Assembly (NCBI GenBank): GCA_027011205.1
Contig: JALVAL010000631.1
Location: forward strand, 1-45,444
Reading direction: 5' to 3'
DNA: 45,444 nucleotides
Origin: Gammaproteobacteria bacterium
GTDB taxonomy: Bacteria > Pseudomonadota > Gammaproteobacteria > GRL18
Below are positions 16,133 to 25,451 of this stretch, piece after piece (within the stretch, counting starts at the first letter, position 1; each line of letters starts with the position of its first letter). The notes under the pieces were generated by a model. It did no database searches. It was not told the DNA's origin and saw only the letters and a list, made by a program, of their open reading frames with translations. The translations under genes and the position numbers were made by a program.

Positions 16133-17932
16133 GTGCCAAACCCCAAACTTGATTTAATTTATAATCTTTACAAGCTCCCAGATAAATGGAAATCTGGTAT
16201 ACATTCTATTAGAGATCCTAAGACAAATAAAATAAAAGTGATTGATACCACTGTAGATCAGTATATCCATGCAAAGCCAGACCCTAAGGGTAAAAAGCCT
16301 AAGATTGTTGAAACAAAGCTTACAACGCCGCCGATAGAAGAATTTCCCTGGGTACAACATGATCCACCAAAGTCTGCCATTGGATATGCACCTATATCCA
16401 GGGCCATGGCAGAGGATTTGGACACTGCCACAGTAACGTGGTGCGTTATAGATATTGATGGAAATCCTAATATTGCTGATGGTCTATACAATGCTGTTTC
16501 CAGCATTGTTTCTAACATCAAAGCTGCCAATAATCAAAATATTCTGTATAATCCCTTACCAGTTAATATATTACCATCATACTCCCGCACAGGTGTACAT
16601 GTGGTCCTCTTTTTTAATAAGCCAATTCTCGTAAACCATGTAAGGGGTTACGTTGCTGTTGTAAAGCTTATTCTTGCTTATGGTTTGCGTAATTTTCATC
16701 TAAAATGCACCTCTCAGGGCTTTGAGTCTTTCAAATTTGATAAAGTGTTCCTGGATAACCCTGGCCTCAGAGTGCTTTTACCAAACCCAGCGGATTTTCC
16801 GGAGGAGCCTGTTATTATAAATATATCTAAGATTGTACCGGTACCGCCATGCATGCAGTCAGTCATTGATCTTGCGGATTCAATTAATATGCTTGATCAT
16901 GATGGAACATTACCAAGTATTATTAAAAAAGGTGAACGCAACAACACCACATATCAACTTACACTTTATCTTAGGTACTTTGGAGTAAAAAATCCTACGG
17001 CTCTTATTTATTATATTATGAAGGGATATAATGACGCTGGAAGAGACAAAACTATTAAAAGTGCTAATAAACAATATAAAAGATGCTTGGAAGAAGGAAG
17101 CGGAATTGGATTTGGATGTAAAAGATGCCCATCTGATAGAAAGGAAAATTGTAAAATAGGTGGTGCTGTGTCTCAGGCCAAGGTAATAGATACCTTGGAA
17201 AAATTCAAACTTAAAATTGAGATTGAAAAAGGCACCAAAAATGAAGCGTATATTTTAACCTTTCTCGATGCTATCGAGTATCGATTTAACTTCAAGGAAC
17301 TTTCCAGTTGGCATACAGTTAAATCCAAATTGATTCAATCGGGCGCTGGTGTTGATGAAATCAGAAAGATTGACAAAAAATTATGGGGAGAAATGTGGGA
17401 TTTTTTATTAGAAAGTGCCGAAGTGAAGCGCACAGACAATCCAACATATTTGATGGTAAGAAATCACATTATTAATAGCATACACACTGCGGTAAAGGAT
17501 CCGGCTGTTCTTTTAAGGAGTAAAGATAAGTTCATCGGGTTTTTTGACAATAGCTTTCATGTTTCTATTGATAAATTGGTATATTCCAGCAAAAAGATGT
17601 ATAAGCCACAGGATGTGGCAACTGCACTTAAGATTTATTTTGATGTGGAGCCGACACCTTATACTGGTGTATATAAAATAAAATCAGATGAACTCGTGCC
17701 GCCTTTGGAAGTGGATGCCAAGGACAATTTACTTGCATCCGGAAAGCAGGTTTCTTATGATGATATCAGAAAAGGATTCCAGTTTATGGGTGCGGAATAT
17801 TGTACGACTATAAACGGACGACTTTATCTTATTCCATCGGAACTGATTCAGGAGGATAAGGGCTTGCGGACAATAGTAAAGGAAGAGATCCTGAAAAAAA
17901 GACGGAGTATCAAGAGAAATCGTGATTTTTAA
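16133..17932 (+). CDS. Primase-polymerase (archaeo-eukaryotic primase superfamily) with a PriCT-like and C-terminal extension.
   Basis: GTG start with an AGGAG SD. AEP motifs are present: VIDIDG (DxD), SRTGVHVVLFF (sGxGxH) and LDNPGLRVLLPN (motif III-like). The PriCT-like stretch is KKGERNNTTYQLTLYL, and a Cys cluster reads CKRCPSDRKENC. Confidence 0.6.
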   Translation: MPNPKLDLIYNLYKLPDKWKSGIHSIRDPKTNKIKVIDTTVDQYIHAKPDPKGKKPKIVETKLTTPPIEEFPWVQHDPPKSAIGYAPISRAMAEDLDTATVTWCVIDIDGNPNIADGLYNAVSSIVSNIKAANNQNILYNPLPVNILPSYSRTGVHVVLFFNKPILVNHVRGYVAVVKLILAYGLRNFHLKCTSQGFESFKFDKVFLDNPGLRVLLPNPADFPEEPVIINISKIVPVPPCMQSVIDLADSINMLDHDGTLPSIIKKGERNNTTYQLTLYLRYFGVKNPTALIYYIMKGYNDAGRDKTIKSANKQYKRCLEEGSGIGFGCKRCPSDRKENCKIGGAVSQAKVIDTLEKFKLKIEIEKGTKNEAYILTFLDAIEYRFNFKELSSWHTVKSKLIQSGAGVDEIRKIDKKLWGEMWDFLLESAEVKRTDNPTYLMVRNHIINSIHTAVKDPAVLLRSKDKFIGFFDNSFHVSIDKLVYSSKKMYKPQDVATALKIYFDVEPTPYTGVYKIKSDELVPPLEVDAKDNLLASGKQVSYDDIRKGFQFMGAEYCTTINGRLYLIPSELIQEDKGLRTIVKEEILKKRRSIKRNRDF

Positions 17933-17960
17933 GATTAACGTTGAATATTTAGGTAATAAA

Positions 17961-18122
17961 ATGCAAAGGATATGTGACAAGGAGCCGTCCATTGAATGGA
18001 TCCGGAAAGAATGGTTGGAGTCCTTTGGGTATCCCCTGCCTGTGGACTATGACAAGAAATATAAAAAAGGACTCACACTTGATATAGGAGCATTAATAGA
18101 TGAATATAATAGGAGAAGATAA
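17961..18122 (+). CDS. Small hypothetical protein.
   Basis: A 53-aa ORF from an internal ATG of the listed ORF 17922..18122. It fills the gap between the primase and the helicase. Confidence 0.35.
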   Translation: MQRICDKEPSIEWIRKEWLESFGYPLPVDYDKKYKKGLTLDIGALIDEYNRRR

Positions 18123-19566
18123 AGAAGCATATTTTGTAAAATGCCGGTTTGAGCACAACCACTTGTTAGAGGGCCTGGACAAGCGGTGGAACAAGAGAAC
18201 ACGCTCATGGCGGGTGTACAAAAGCAGGTTAAATATTGCGTTGTTGGTTGACTTGGGGCTTTTACCAAAAGATCAGCTTTCAAGTCCACCAATGGTGCCT
18301 GCACCATTGGATCTAATTTTTCATACGGAACCCAGGTTATACCAGGAAGGTGCAGTTCGTTTTCTTTTATCTCTTCCTTATGGTGCTTTAATTGCGCCTA
18401 TGGGGTCCGGCAAGACAAAAATCATGATTGATGTTATCAACAATCTCATTGGAATCAGGGATATTAAGGCTTTGATCATTGGCTTGGTGTCTATCAAAAA
18501 GAACTGGGAAGATGAAATAAAGATGCACGCTCCAGAAACCCTGCCTTTTTGCAGGATAGAGGGTATTGAGTCGCTTTCTTCTTCAAAGAAGTTAAATAAG
18601 GAGCTTCAGAAATATGTGGATGACCGTACTTTGGTGGTCATTGATGAGGCCCACACCATAAAGAATCCGAATGCCAAAAGGACCAAAAATGCATATAAGA
18701 TTGCAAAACCTGCCAGAAGGCGGTATGTAATGACAGGGACACCAGTGCTAAATGGCAAGGAGGATTTGTTTTCCATATATGGTTTCTTAAACCCTGATAT
18801 CATAGGTATTAGTACCTTTATAGGGTTTAAAAATAGATATTGCATCAGAGGCGGATTTGAAAATAGGCAGATTGTAGGTTATAAGAATGAGGATGAGCTT
18901 ATGGAGAATATCTCCAAGTACACCTTCTTTATATCCAAGAAAGATGCTATGCCGCATCTGCCCCCACAGACTGATGTTAAGAGGGAGTGCAAGATGACTC
19001 CGAAACAACGGGAGCTTATCAATGTGGTGCTGAATGATGGGGAACTAAACCCGCTCACCAAATTGCTCCGGATCCTGCAGATATCTGGCGGTTATGATCC
19101 TGTTTCACGTGAAACATTTACGGCACCAAAGATCAAGCTCCTGGATGAGATTGTGGAAACAGGAGAAACACTGGTAATATATGCAAATTTCATTTCAGAG
19201 ATCCGCACTATATCTGAACGATATAACGCACCATTTATTGATGGTGGCATATCGCCTAAGGACCGCCATGAAATTGTCCAGGACTTCCAGAATGGTGCGT
19301 TTCCTGTGATAGTTGCTCATCCTGCAGTGGGGTCTACTGGCATCAACCTACATTGCGCATCTACTATGGTTTTTTACAGTTATTCACATAATCTTGGCCA
19401 TTATCAACAGGCCAAAGGCAGGATTGCCAGGATGCAACAGATTAACCCCATGGTGTATTACCACCTCATCACCAAAGGCACTTTAGATGCAAGAGTGTTA
19501 TGGTGTCTGCAGCATAAAAAGAGCATTCTGAAGAATGTAGAAGAGATTTTATCACAATTGGATTGA
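18100..19566 (+). CDS. SNF2-family helicase / DNA translocase.
   Basis: Motif I is APMGSGKT, motif II is VIDEAHTIKN, motif III is MTGTPVLNGKEDLFSIYGFLNP and motif VI is QQAKGRIARMQQ. Confidence 0.85.
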   Translation: MNIIGEDKEAYFVKCRFEHNHLLEGLDKRWNKRTRSWRVYKSRLNIALLVDLGLLPKDQLSSPPMVPAPLDLIFHTEPRLYQEGAVRFLLSLPYGALIAPMGSGKTKIMIDVINNLIGIRDIKALIIGLVSIKKNWEDEIKMHAPETLPFCRIEGIESLSSSKKLNKELQKYVDDRTLVVIDEAHTIKNPNAKRTKNAYKIAKPARRRYVMTGTPVLNGKEDLFSIYGFLNPDIIGISTFIGFKNRYCIRGGFENRQIVGYKNEDELMENISKYTFFISKKDAMPHLPPQTDVKRECKMTPKQRELINVVLNDGELNPLTKLLRILQISGGYDPVSRETFTAPKIKLLDEIVETGETLVIYANFISEIRTISERYNAPFIDGGISPKDRHEIVQDFQNGAFPVIVAHPAVGSTGINLHCASTMVFYSYSHNLGHYQQAKGRIARMQQINPMVYYHLITKGTLDARVLWCLQHKKSILKNVEEILSQLD

Positions 19567-19588
19567 TCCGAATGGGTCAACATAATAC

Positions 19589-19617
19589 TTGTGAAGAGTC
19601 CCAAGGTATGGTATAAT
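19589..19617 (+). promoter_or_regulatory. Candidate promoter upstream of the HNH gene (TTGTGA-17-TATAAT with a TGG-type extended -10).
   Basis: Read directly. A 7-bp stem / 3-nt loop hairpin (19629-19645, TGCTGGT gat ACCAGCA) follows in the leader. Confidence 0.5.
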
Positions 19618-19679
19618 GGTCCTATCGCTGCTGGTGATACCAGCAATTACTAATATCTTATAAAAGGAGGTACATACTT

Positions 19680-19982
19680 ATGGATGTATCAAAGGCAGAA
19701 AGGGCATTTGAAAAAATGCCGGTGGAAGATGTTTTTGAACTCAATCCAGAAACCGGTGAGCTTTTTTGGAAGATCACCAGAAACAACAAAAAGGCCGGAA
19801 CACGTGCTGGCACTTTCCATGCAAGAAGTGGATTCAGGAAAATAATGTTCAATTACTGCAGTTTTTCTGAACACCAGATTGTGTGGAGGCTTGTACATGG
19901 GTATTGGCCAGAGAAGCCCATCATTCACATCAATGGAGATAAAACAGACAACAGACCAGAGAACTTGAAAGAGAAAGAATAA
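19680..19982 (+). CDS. HNH endonuclease (HNH_3-type), probably a free-standing homing endonuclease.
   Basis: The motif HQIVWRLVHGYWPEKPIIHINGDKTDNRPENL matches the family. It has a strong SD (AAAAGGAGG) and its own promoter. Confidence 0.8.
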   Translation: MDVSKAERAFEKMPVEDVFELNPETGELFWKITRNNKKAGTRAGTFHARSGFRKIMFNYCSFSEHQIVWRLVHGYWPEKPIIHINGDKTDNRPENLKEKE

Positions 19983-20371
19983 TGCGCAAACTTATCGAAG
20001 AATTTAAAGAAATCAAAGACGAATTGGCAAAGATCAAAGAACAAAAGAAGGAACTACAAAAGAAGTTCGATGAATATCGGTTCAAGTTGATTCCTGAGGC
20101 CATGGAAGAAGCCGGTTTGGAGCGTGCTACATTTGATGGGATAGGTACTGTGTATCTGACATCAGATATATACTTCAGTATTCCGGCACCCAAAAAGGAG
20201 GATGCTTTTAGATGGCTGCATCACCATGGTCACGGGGATCTTATCACGGAAACCGTGAATGCGTCCTCAGGAAAGGCTTGGGCAAAGGAGATGCTCCAGA
20301 AAGGTGAACAGTTACCTGAAGATTTATTTAAAATAACGCCTTATACCAGGGCAGTATTAAAGAAAGGATAA
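19982..20371 (+). CDS. Hypothetical protein with an N-terminal coiled coil, possibly Gp157-like.
   Basis: It is 129 aa with a Lys/Glu-rich helix followed by a globular part. The family assignment is from memory only. Confidence 0.45.
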   Translation: MRKLIEEFKEIKDELAKIKEQKKELQKKFDEYRFKLIPEAMEEAGLERATFDGIGTVYLTSDIYFSIPAPKKEDAFRWLHHHGHGDLITETVNASSGKAWAKEMLQKGEQLPEDLFKITPYTRAVLKKG

Positions 20372-20376
20372 GAACG

Positions 20377-21075
20377 ATGACAGACGAAATTATGAAAACA
20401 GAAGGAATCATTACCGAAGAAAGACCGGACTGGATGGAGATTGAAGAGGGTGATAACAGGGGATCTGAAGAGGTCACACACGAAGACCTGATTATCCCAA
20501 GGCTCAGCATCATCCAGGGCTTGAGTCCGGAACTTAAGAAAAAGGATCCGGCTTATATCGAAGGTGCCGAAATCGGTATGATCTTTAACACTGTTACCCG
20601 TGAGCTTTATGGGGATTCAGTGGTGGTGATACCGGTACTCTTTAAGAAGTTTTATATCATCTGGAAGCTTCGAGATGAGGGTGGCGGATTTGCTGGCCAA
20701 TATGACACATTTAAAGAGGCTGAAAATGCACTTGTAGAATTTGAAGATCCAAACAAGTACGAGATAGTGGACACTCCAACAAACCTATGTTTGCTCCCAA
20801 ATGGCCAGGAAGTTATGGTACCCATGCCCAAATCCAAGGCCAAGGTAGCCAGGCAATGGAACAGCCTGGTGAGGATGGCAGGAGGGCCACGCTGGAGCCG
20901 TGCATATAAATTATACACGGTAGATGAGACATCAGATAAGGGTGATTATGTGAATTACGCTGTGGCCATGATAGGATATCCATCAAAGGAACTCTTTGAT
21001 AAGGCCACGGAGCTTTATGAACAAATTACCAGCGGTGCGGTGAATGTCTCTATGAATGAAGATGAGCCGTTTTAG
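20377..21075 (+). CDS. Conserved replication/recombination-module protein of unknown function.
   Basis: It is 232 aa with an acidic N- and C-terminus and the motif DLIIPRLSIIQGLS. I cannot assign a family with confidence. Confidence 0.5.
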   Translation: MTDEIMKTEGIITEERPDWMEIEEGDNRGSEEVTHEDLIIPRLSIIQGLSPELKKKDPAYIEGAEIGMIFNTVTRELYGDSVVVIPVLFKKFYIIWKLRDEGGGFAGQYDTFKEAENALVEFEDPNKYEIVDTPTNLCLLPNGQEVMVPMPKSKAKVARQWNSLVRMAGGPRWSRAYKLYTVDETSDKGDYVNYAVAMIGYPSKELFDKATELYEQITSGAVNVSMNEDEPF

Positions 21076-21114
21076 CAAATTGATCCGAATGAAAATCTTA
21101 CAGATTTCCATTTA

Positions 21115-22116
21115 GTGAACGTTAAGGTGATCATAGGCTGCCCTGGTGCAGGAAAGAGCACATATCTGGCCAGGGCAGCCAACCGGCTTGATCCCAAGAA
21201 AACTATAATAGTATCTTTTTCAAGAAAGGCTGCAAAAAGCATCAACAATAAACTTGGAAAAGAATATAGGGCTTCAACCATACATAGTTATTGTTGCAGG
21301 GCATCAGGTATAAGACCTGAAGACATTATAACAGACTATGATATATCAAAAGAAGCTATGGAGGTATACAACCATGCATGTAACATAACTGAAGAGATGA
21401 TAACTGAAGAAAGCATTATTGAAGCATGTTTGCATAAAGGGTATTACAACATTGATGAAATCACAGATGAAATAAGCAAATACATACAATATAAGGAGGA
21501 CCACGTACTTTATGACTTTAATGATATGTTAAAAGTGTTCACTCCATATAAGGTGCCGGAAAACTTGCTTATAGATGAGGCCCAGGACTTATATCCGGCT
21601 TTAAAAGGGGTAATAGACAGGCTCATAAAAGCCGGACTTAAGAATTTGTGGCTTGTTGGAGATCCGGACCAGTGCATATACCAATTCAACGGATCAGATC
21701 CAAAGATTATGACTTCATATGGTGGAGAAATCAAATATCTGGATCAATCACACAGATGCCCAGAAGAGGTAGTGAAATTTGCTAAACAAATCTTGCCGCA
21801 TGCAAGATTTAAACCTACAGATAATAAAGGGGAGGTGATATATACAGATAAGATCCCAAAAGATGCAGAAGTTGTTCTTGTAAGAACCAAGTATGTGCAG
21901 GTAAATAGTGATAAGACTATGACTATGCACAAAGCAAAGGGACTTCAATGGAACAGAGTTGCAATATATGATGACATAGGGAGTACAAAAGTAAACGTTA
22001 ATAACGAAGAAGAGAAACGATTAATGTATACTGCTATTACAAGAAGCCGTGATGTGGTATATATTGTGAAAGGAAACTATGATTATTTATATCGATACAG
22101 AAACGACTGGCGTTAA
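21115..22116 (+). CDS. Superfamily 1 DNA helicase (UvrD/Dda-like, compact form).
   Basis: Walker A is GCPGAGKST and Walker B is LLIDEAQDL. The C-terminal motifs are MTMHKAKGLQWNRV and YTAITRSRDVVYIV. The GTG start has no clear SD. Confidence 0.75.
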   Translation: MNVKVIIGCPGAGKSTYLARAANRLDPKKTIIVSFSRKAAKSINNKLGKEYRASTIHSYCCRASGIRPEDIITDYDISKEAMEVYNHACNITEEMITEESIIEACLHKGYYNIDEITDEISKYIQYKEDHVLYDFNDMLKVFTPYKVPENLLIDEAQDLYPALKGVIDRLIKAGLKNLWLVGDPDQCIYQFNGSDPKIMTSYGGEIKYLDQSHRCPEEVVKFAKQILPHARFKPTDNKGEVIYTDKIPKDAEVVLVRTKYVQVNSDKTMTMHKAKGLQWNRVAIYDDIGSTKVNVNNEEEKRLMYTAITRSRDVVYIVKGNYDYLYRYRNDWR

Positions 22117-23806
22117 TTTGTTCACTGGTGATAAGATATTCGGTATAAGCTGGGCATTGGGTGATACTGAACCCAGGTACATTGATGTGCGAAATCAGGA
22201 TATTGCACCATTTAAACGAGACCTTAATAAAGCAGATCTGGTGGTCGCACATAATGTAAAGTTTGATGCTCATGCTCTTTATCAAATAGGCATAGACCTT
22301 ATCCATTATAACTTGGATTGCACAATGGTGCGTGCTCAGCTTCTTGATGAGCACAAGTTCAATTATGACCTGGATAGTCTGACCGGTGAAAAGTTGGACA
22401 TTATAGATGATCTGGCGGACATGTTTGGGGGCAAGGCCACCAAGAATGTACAGATGAAAAATCTGCATAAAGTATCGCCAGAATTTGTGGCCAGGTATGC
22501 CAAGCAGGATATTGTTGCACTCCGCAAGCTTTATAAGGAACAAGAGGAGCAGGAATTTCCGCCTGTATATGAGCTTGAGCGGAAAGTAATCAAGGTGCTG
22601 ATCCAGATGGAAAGAAGGGGTATCAGGGTAGATACCGGCAAAATTGATGAGACTATTTATTCTGTCAAAAAGATGATAGATGCCAAGCAAAAGGAGCTTG
22701 ATAGCATTGCCGGAAAGCATCTTAATGTAAATTCTACTCCTCAGATGCGGGGATTTCTGGTAAAGAAAAGGCTCAAGAGCGGGAAATTTGAGCTTGTAGA
22801 TGGCACTATAGCGGGGGCCACCAAGGCTGATGCTGCGTCTCTTGATGCTGATACCCTCAAGCAAATGACATATCCGCCGGCAAAGCTGATATTGGATATC
22901 AGAAGGTATAAAAAGATCCTTGATACTTTTTTGGTGTCTCAGATTCAGGGGCATTTGGTAAATGGACGTGTACATCCCAATTTCAATCAGACCAGGGTGG
23001 TAACAGGCAGGCTTTCATGCAACAGTCCAAATTTGCAGGCTATTCCCAAAAGGGATCCTGAAATGAAGAAGTTGCTCCGGAGCTTGTTTATTCCAGAAGA
23101 GGGCGCAAAGCTTCTGAGGTGTGATTATGAGCAGAGCGATGTGAGAGGGTTTGCACATTATATATCGCTCAGGGATCCTGACCATCCTATTAAAAAGGCA
23201 TATCAAAAGGACCCGTACACTGATTTTCACACTTTGGTTGCTGAAATGATGGACATTCCCAGGGACCCTAACCCAGAAACAGGTAATGCTAAGCAACTTA
23301 ACCTTGCTCAGATTTTTGGTATGGGTGCAGGAAAGCTTGCACAAACCATGGGGCTTAATTACACCATAAATGAAGAAGGCTTTCTGGTGCCAGGAGAAGA
23401 GGCTCAAAGGTTATTTGATTTATATCACGAGACCATACCAGGAGTGGGTAACATGTCTAAAAAAGCTGCGCACCGTGCAAGGCTCAGGGGATATGTAATA
23501 TCTATCCTGGGAAGGTACCTCAGGTTTCCGGATAAAAGATTCTGTCATAAGGCAGCTGGATACCTGTATCAAGCATGGACAGCGGATATCATAAAAGCAG
23601 CTATGGTAAGCACCTATAAAGTGCAGCCTCTCCATTTATCGGTGCACGATGAGCTTATATTTTCAGTATATGATATGGAGCTTATCAGCGTGATCAAGCA
23701 CAAAATGGAAAGTGTGCTGGATGGAATATCTGATATCCCAATTCGTACTGTACCAGAAATAGGCGACAATTGGGCATCTACTAAACCAATAACCGAAGGT
23801 TATTGA
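22079..23806 (+). CDS. Family A DNA polymerase with a 3'-5' proofreading exonuclease domain and no 5' nuclease domain.
   Basis: Exo motifs are YIDTETTG and HNVKFD. Pol motif A is LLRCDYEQSDVRGFAH, motif B is NAKQLNLAQIFGMGAGKLA and motif C is SVHDELIF. Confidence 0.9.
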   Translation: MIIYIDTETTGVNLFTGDKIFGISWALGDTEPRYIDVRNQDIAPFKRDLNKADLVVAHNVKFDAHALYQIGIDLIHYNLDCTMVRAQLLDEHKFNYDLDSLTGEKLDIIDDLADMFGGKATKNVQMKNLHKVSPEFVARYAKQDIVALRKLYKEQEEQEFPPVYELERKVIKVLIQMERRGIRVDTGKIDETIYSVKKMIDAKQKELDSIAGKHLNVNSTPQMRGFLVKKRLKSGKFELVDGTIAGATKADAASLDADTLKQMTYPPAKLILDIRRYKKILDTFLVSQIQGHLVNGRVHPNFNQTRVVTGRLSCNSPNLQAIPKRDPEMKKLLRSLFIPEEGAKLLRCDYEQSDVRGFAHYISLRDPDHPIKKAYQKDPYTDFHTLVAEMMDIPRDPNPETGNAKQLNLAQIFGMGAGKLAQTMGLNYTINEEGFLVPGEEAQRLFDLYHETIPGVGNMSKKAAHRARLRGYVISILGRYLRFPDKRFCHKAAGYLYQAWTADIIKAAMVSTYKVQPLHLSVHDELIFSVYDMELISVIKHKMESVLDGISDIPIRTVPEIGDNWASTKPITEGY

Positions 23807-23845
23807 TTCGGATCAGTGAAAGGAAAAAAGAAAAGGAGAAACGAA

Positions 23846-24220
23846 ATGAATCAAGCAATACTTATTGGAAACCTTGGAAATGACCCAGAACTATCATACA
23901 GCAGAAACGGTGACCCATATACCAAATTTAACATAGCCACCAATGAAAGAGATGGCAAGACCAACTGGCACCGCATCATATGTTTTGGTAAGACTGCTGA
24001 AAACTGTGAAAGGTACCTCAAAAAAGGTAGCAAAGTAGCTGTGTTGGGTAGAATTGAGTATGGCCAGTATGAAGACAGAGATGGTATAACCAGATATACC
24101 ACGGACATCATTGCATTTAACGTGGAATTTTTAGACACCAAAACCGATAACAATAATAAGCATATTCCACCAACAAGATATAAAAAGAGGTTTGACGATG
24201 AATCCGATATCCCATTTTAA
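23846..24220 (+). CDS. ssb: Single-stranded DNA-binding protein.
   Basis: The OB-fold N-terminus is MNQAILIGNLGNDPEL and the acidic C-terminal tip is DDESDIPF. An AGGAG SD precedes the internal ATG at 23846. Confidence 0.9.
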   Translation: MNQAILIGNLGNDPELSYSRNGDPYTKFNIATNERDGKTNWHRIICFGKTAENCERYLKKGSKVAVLGRIEYGQYEDRDGITRYTTDIIAFNVEFLDTKTDNNNKHIPPTRYKKRFDDESDIPF

Positions 24221-24506
24221 ACAATGCAGCACCTCTGAATGCCACAACAGAGCTGTAGCTAAGTCAACGCTTACTGGCCAGTTTTATTGTATAAGATGCG
24301 CCATACAAACTACTGTTAATATTGGACCAGATGCAGTGGAAACTTTACCCGATGCAGTGTGGCCATGGAATGACACTATAACATGCAGGTCATGTGGCAG
24401 GTTGGTATCATTGCAATTGCTGCATCGAAATAACACCTGTCCATTTTGTGCAAAAGAAGCCATTAAACTAAATGTAGAATACTTAGAAGGAGTTGGACAT
24501 GATTGA
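24198..24506 (+). CDS. Cys-rich double zinc-ribbon-like protein of unknown function.
   Basis: It carries CxxxxC, CxxC, CxxC and CxxC pairs (8 Cys in 102 aa). An AGAGG SD lies 7 nt before the ATG. Its ends overlap the SSB and PurA-like genes. Confidence 0.5.
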   Translation: MNPISHFKQCSTSECHNRAVAKSTLTGQFYCIRCAIQTTVNIGPDAVETLPDAVWPWNDTITCRSCGRLVSLQLLHRNNTCPFCAKEAIKLNVEYLEGVGHD

Positions 24507-25443
24507 TCCCGAAGTACACATAATTTGTGGAATGCAATTTGGAAGCGAAGGAAAACGCCTATTCCTGGATGTATATTCCAGGTATTTTGAGCCTGATGTC
24601 ATTGTAACGAATGCCTATCCTAATTCTGGTGGATATGATGGTAAAGGCAAAAAATGGTCAGCCATCCCATGTAGTTACCATGCAACAATAATGATATCGC
24701 CTGGATCTGCCATCAATATGGCAGCATTGAGAAGAGAAGGACACGGAAAAGAGGTACTTATCCATAAGAACGCTGCAGTGGTAAATAGTCATGCCTTGGA
24801 AGCTGAAAAGGAACTTGTCAGGATTGGGTCCACCATGACAGGGGGAATGGAAGCTGTAGTAACTAAAATGCGAAGAAATAGTGGTATAAAATGCACCGCT
24901 GGGCAGTGGCATTTAGAAGGAGTAATCAATAATGATGAATGGTTCGATAGGCTTTTATCAGCTAAAAGAATCCTGGTATTTGTTGCCCAGGGGCATAGCC
25001 TATCACTTAATTTTGGGATGTGGCCACATTGCACATCCAGGAATACCTCACCCCAGCAGGCTCTTGCAGATGCAGGCATCCCTATTCAGTGGGTAAAGCG
25101 AATAATAGGCTGTGCTCGTACATACCCTATCAGAGTTGCTAATAGATATGATGATAACGGCAATATGATAGGGTGGTCAGGCCCATGTTATCCGGATCAG
25201 AAGGAGATCACCTGGGAAGATATAGGAGTGCCACCTGAATATACCAGTATCAGCAAAAAGAAACGTAGAGTATTTACGTTTTCTGTGAAGCAATATAAGG
25301 AAGCTTTGCTTACCAATGGCATCACTGATGTTTTTCTTAATTTTATGAATTATGATCCTGATTTTGATGTTCCTGAAGAAGTATCATGGTGGGGTTGGGG
25401 ACCAAAATTGGAAGATATTGAATGGTACCCCACAAGAAATTAA
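24499..25443 (+). CDS. purZ: Adenylosuccinate synthetase (PurA)-family enzyme, candidate PurZ (N6-succino-2-amino-2'-deoxyadenylate synthase).
   Basis: Blocks collinear with PurA: HIICGMQFGSEGKRLFLD (P-loop region), IGSTMTGGMEAVVTKMRR (IGTT.rGIGPaY.dK region), FVAQGHSLSLNFGMWPHCTSRNTS (GAQG...D...G.YP.vTSsn region) and SKKKRRV (GR.RR region). MazG-like and HD genes follow immediately. Confidence 0.6.
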   Translation: MIDPEVHIICGMQFGSEGKRLFLDVYSRYFEPDVIVTNAYPNSGGYDGKGKKWSAIPCSYHATIMISPGSAINMAALRREGHGKEVLIHKNAAVVNSHALEAEKELVRIGSTMTGGMEAVVTKMRRNSGIKCTAGQWHLEGVINNDEWFDRLLSAKRILVFVAQGHSLSLNFGMWPHCTSRNTSPQQALADAGIPIQWVKRIIGCARTYPIRVANRYDDNGNMIGWSGPCYPDQKEITWEDIGVPPEYTSISKKKRRVFTFSVKQYKEALLTNGITDVFLNFMNYDPDFDVPEEVSWWGWGPKLEDIEWYPTRN

Positions 25444-25451
25444 TTTGTCCG

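Noticed and set aside
22037-22975. A 312-aa minus-strand ORF.
   Set aside because: It lies entirely antisense to the family-A DNA polymerase, whose exonuclease and polymerase motifs are unambiguous on the plus strand. The product is Ile/Leu/Tyr-rich with no motif.
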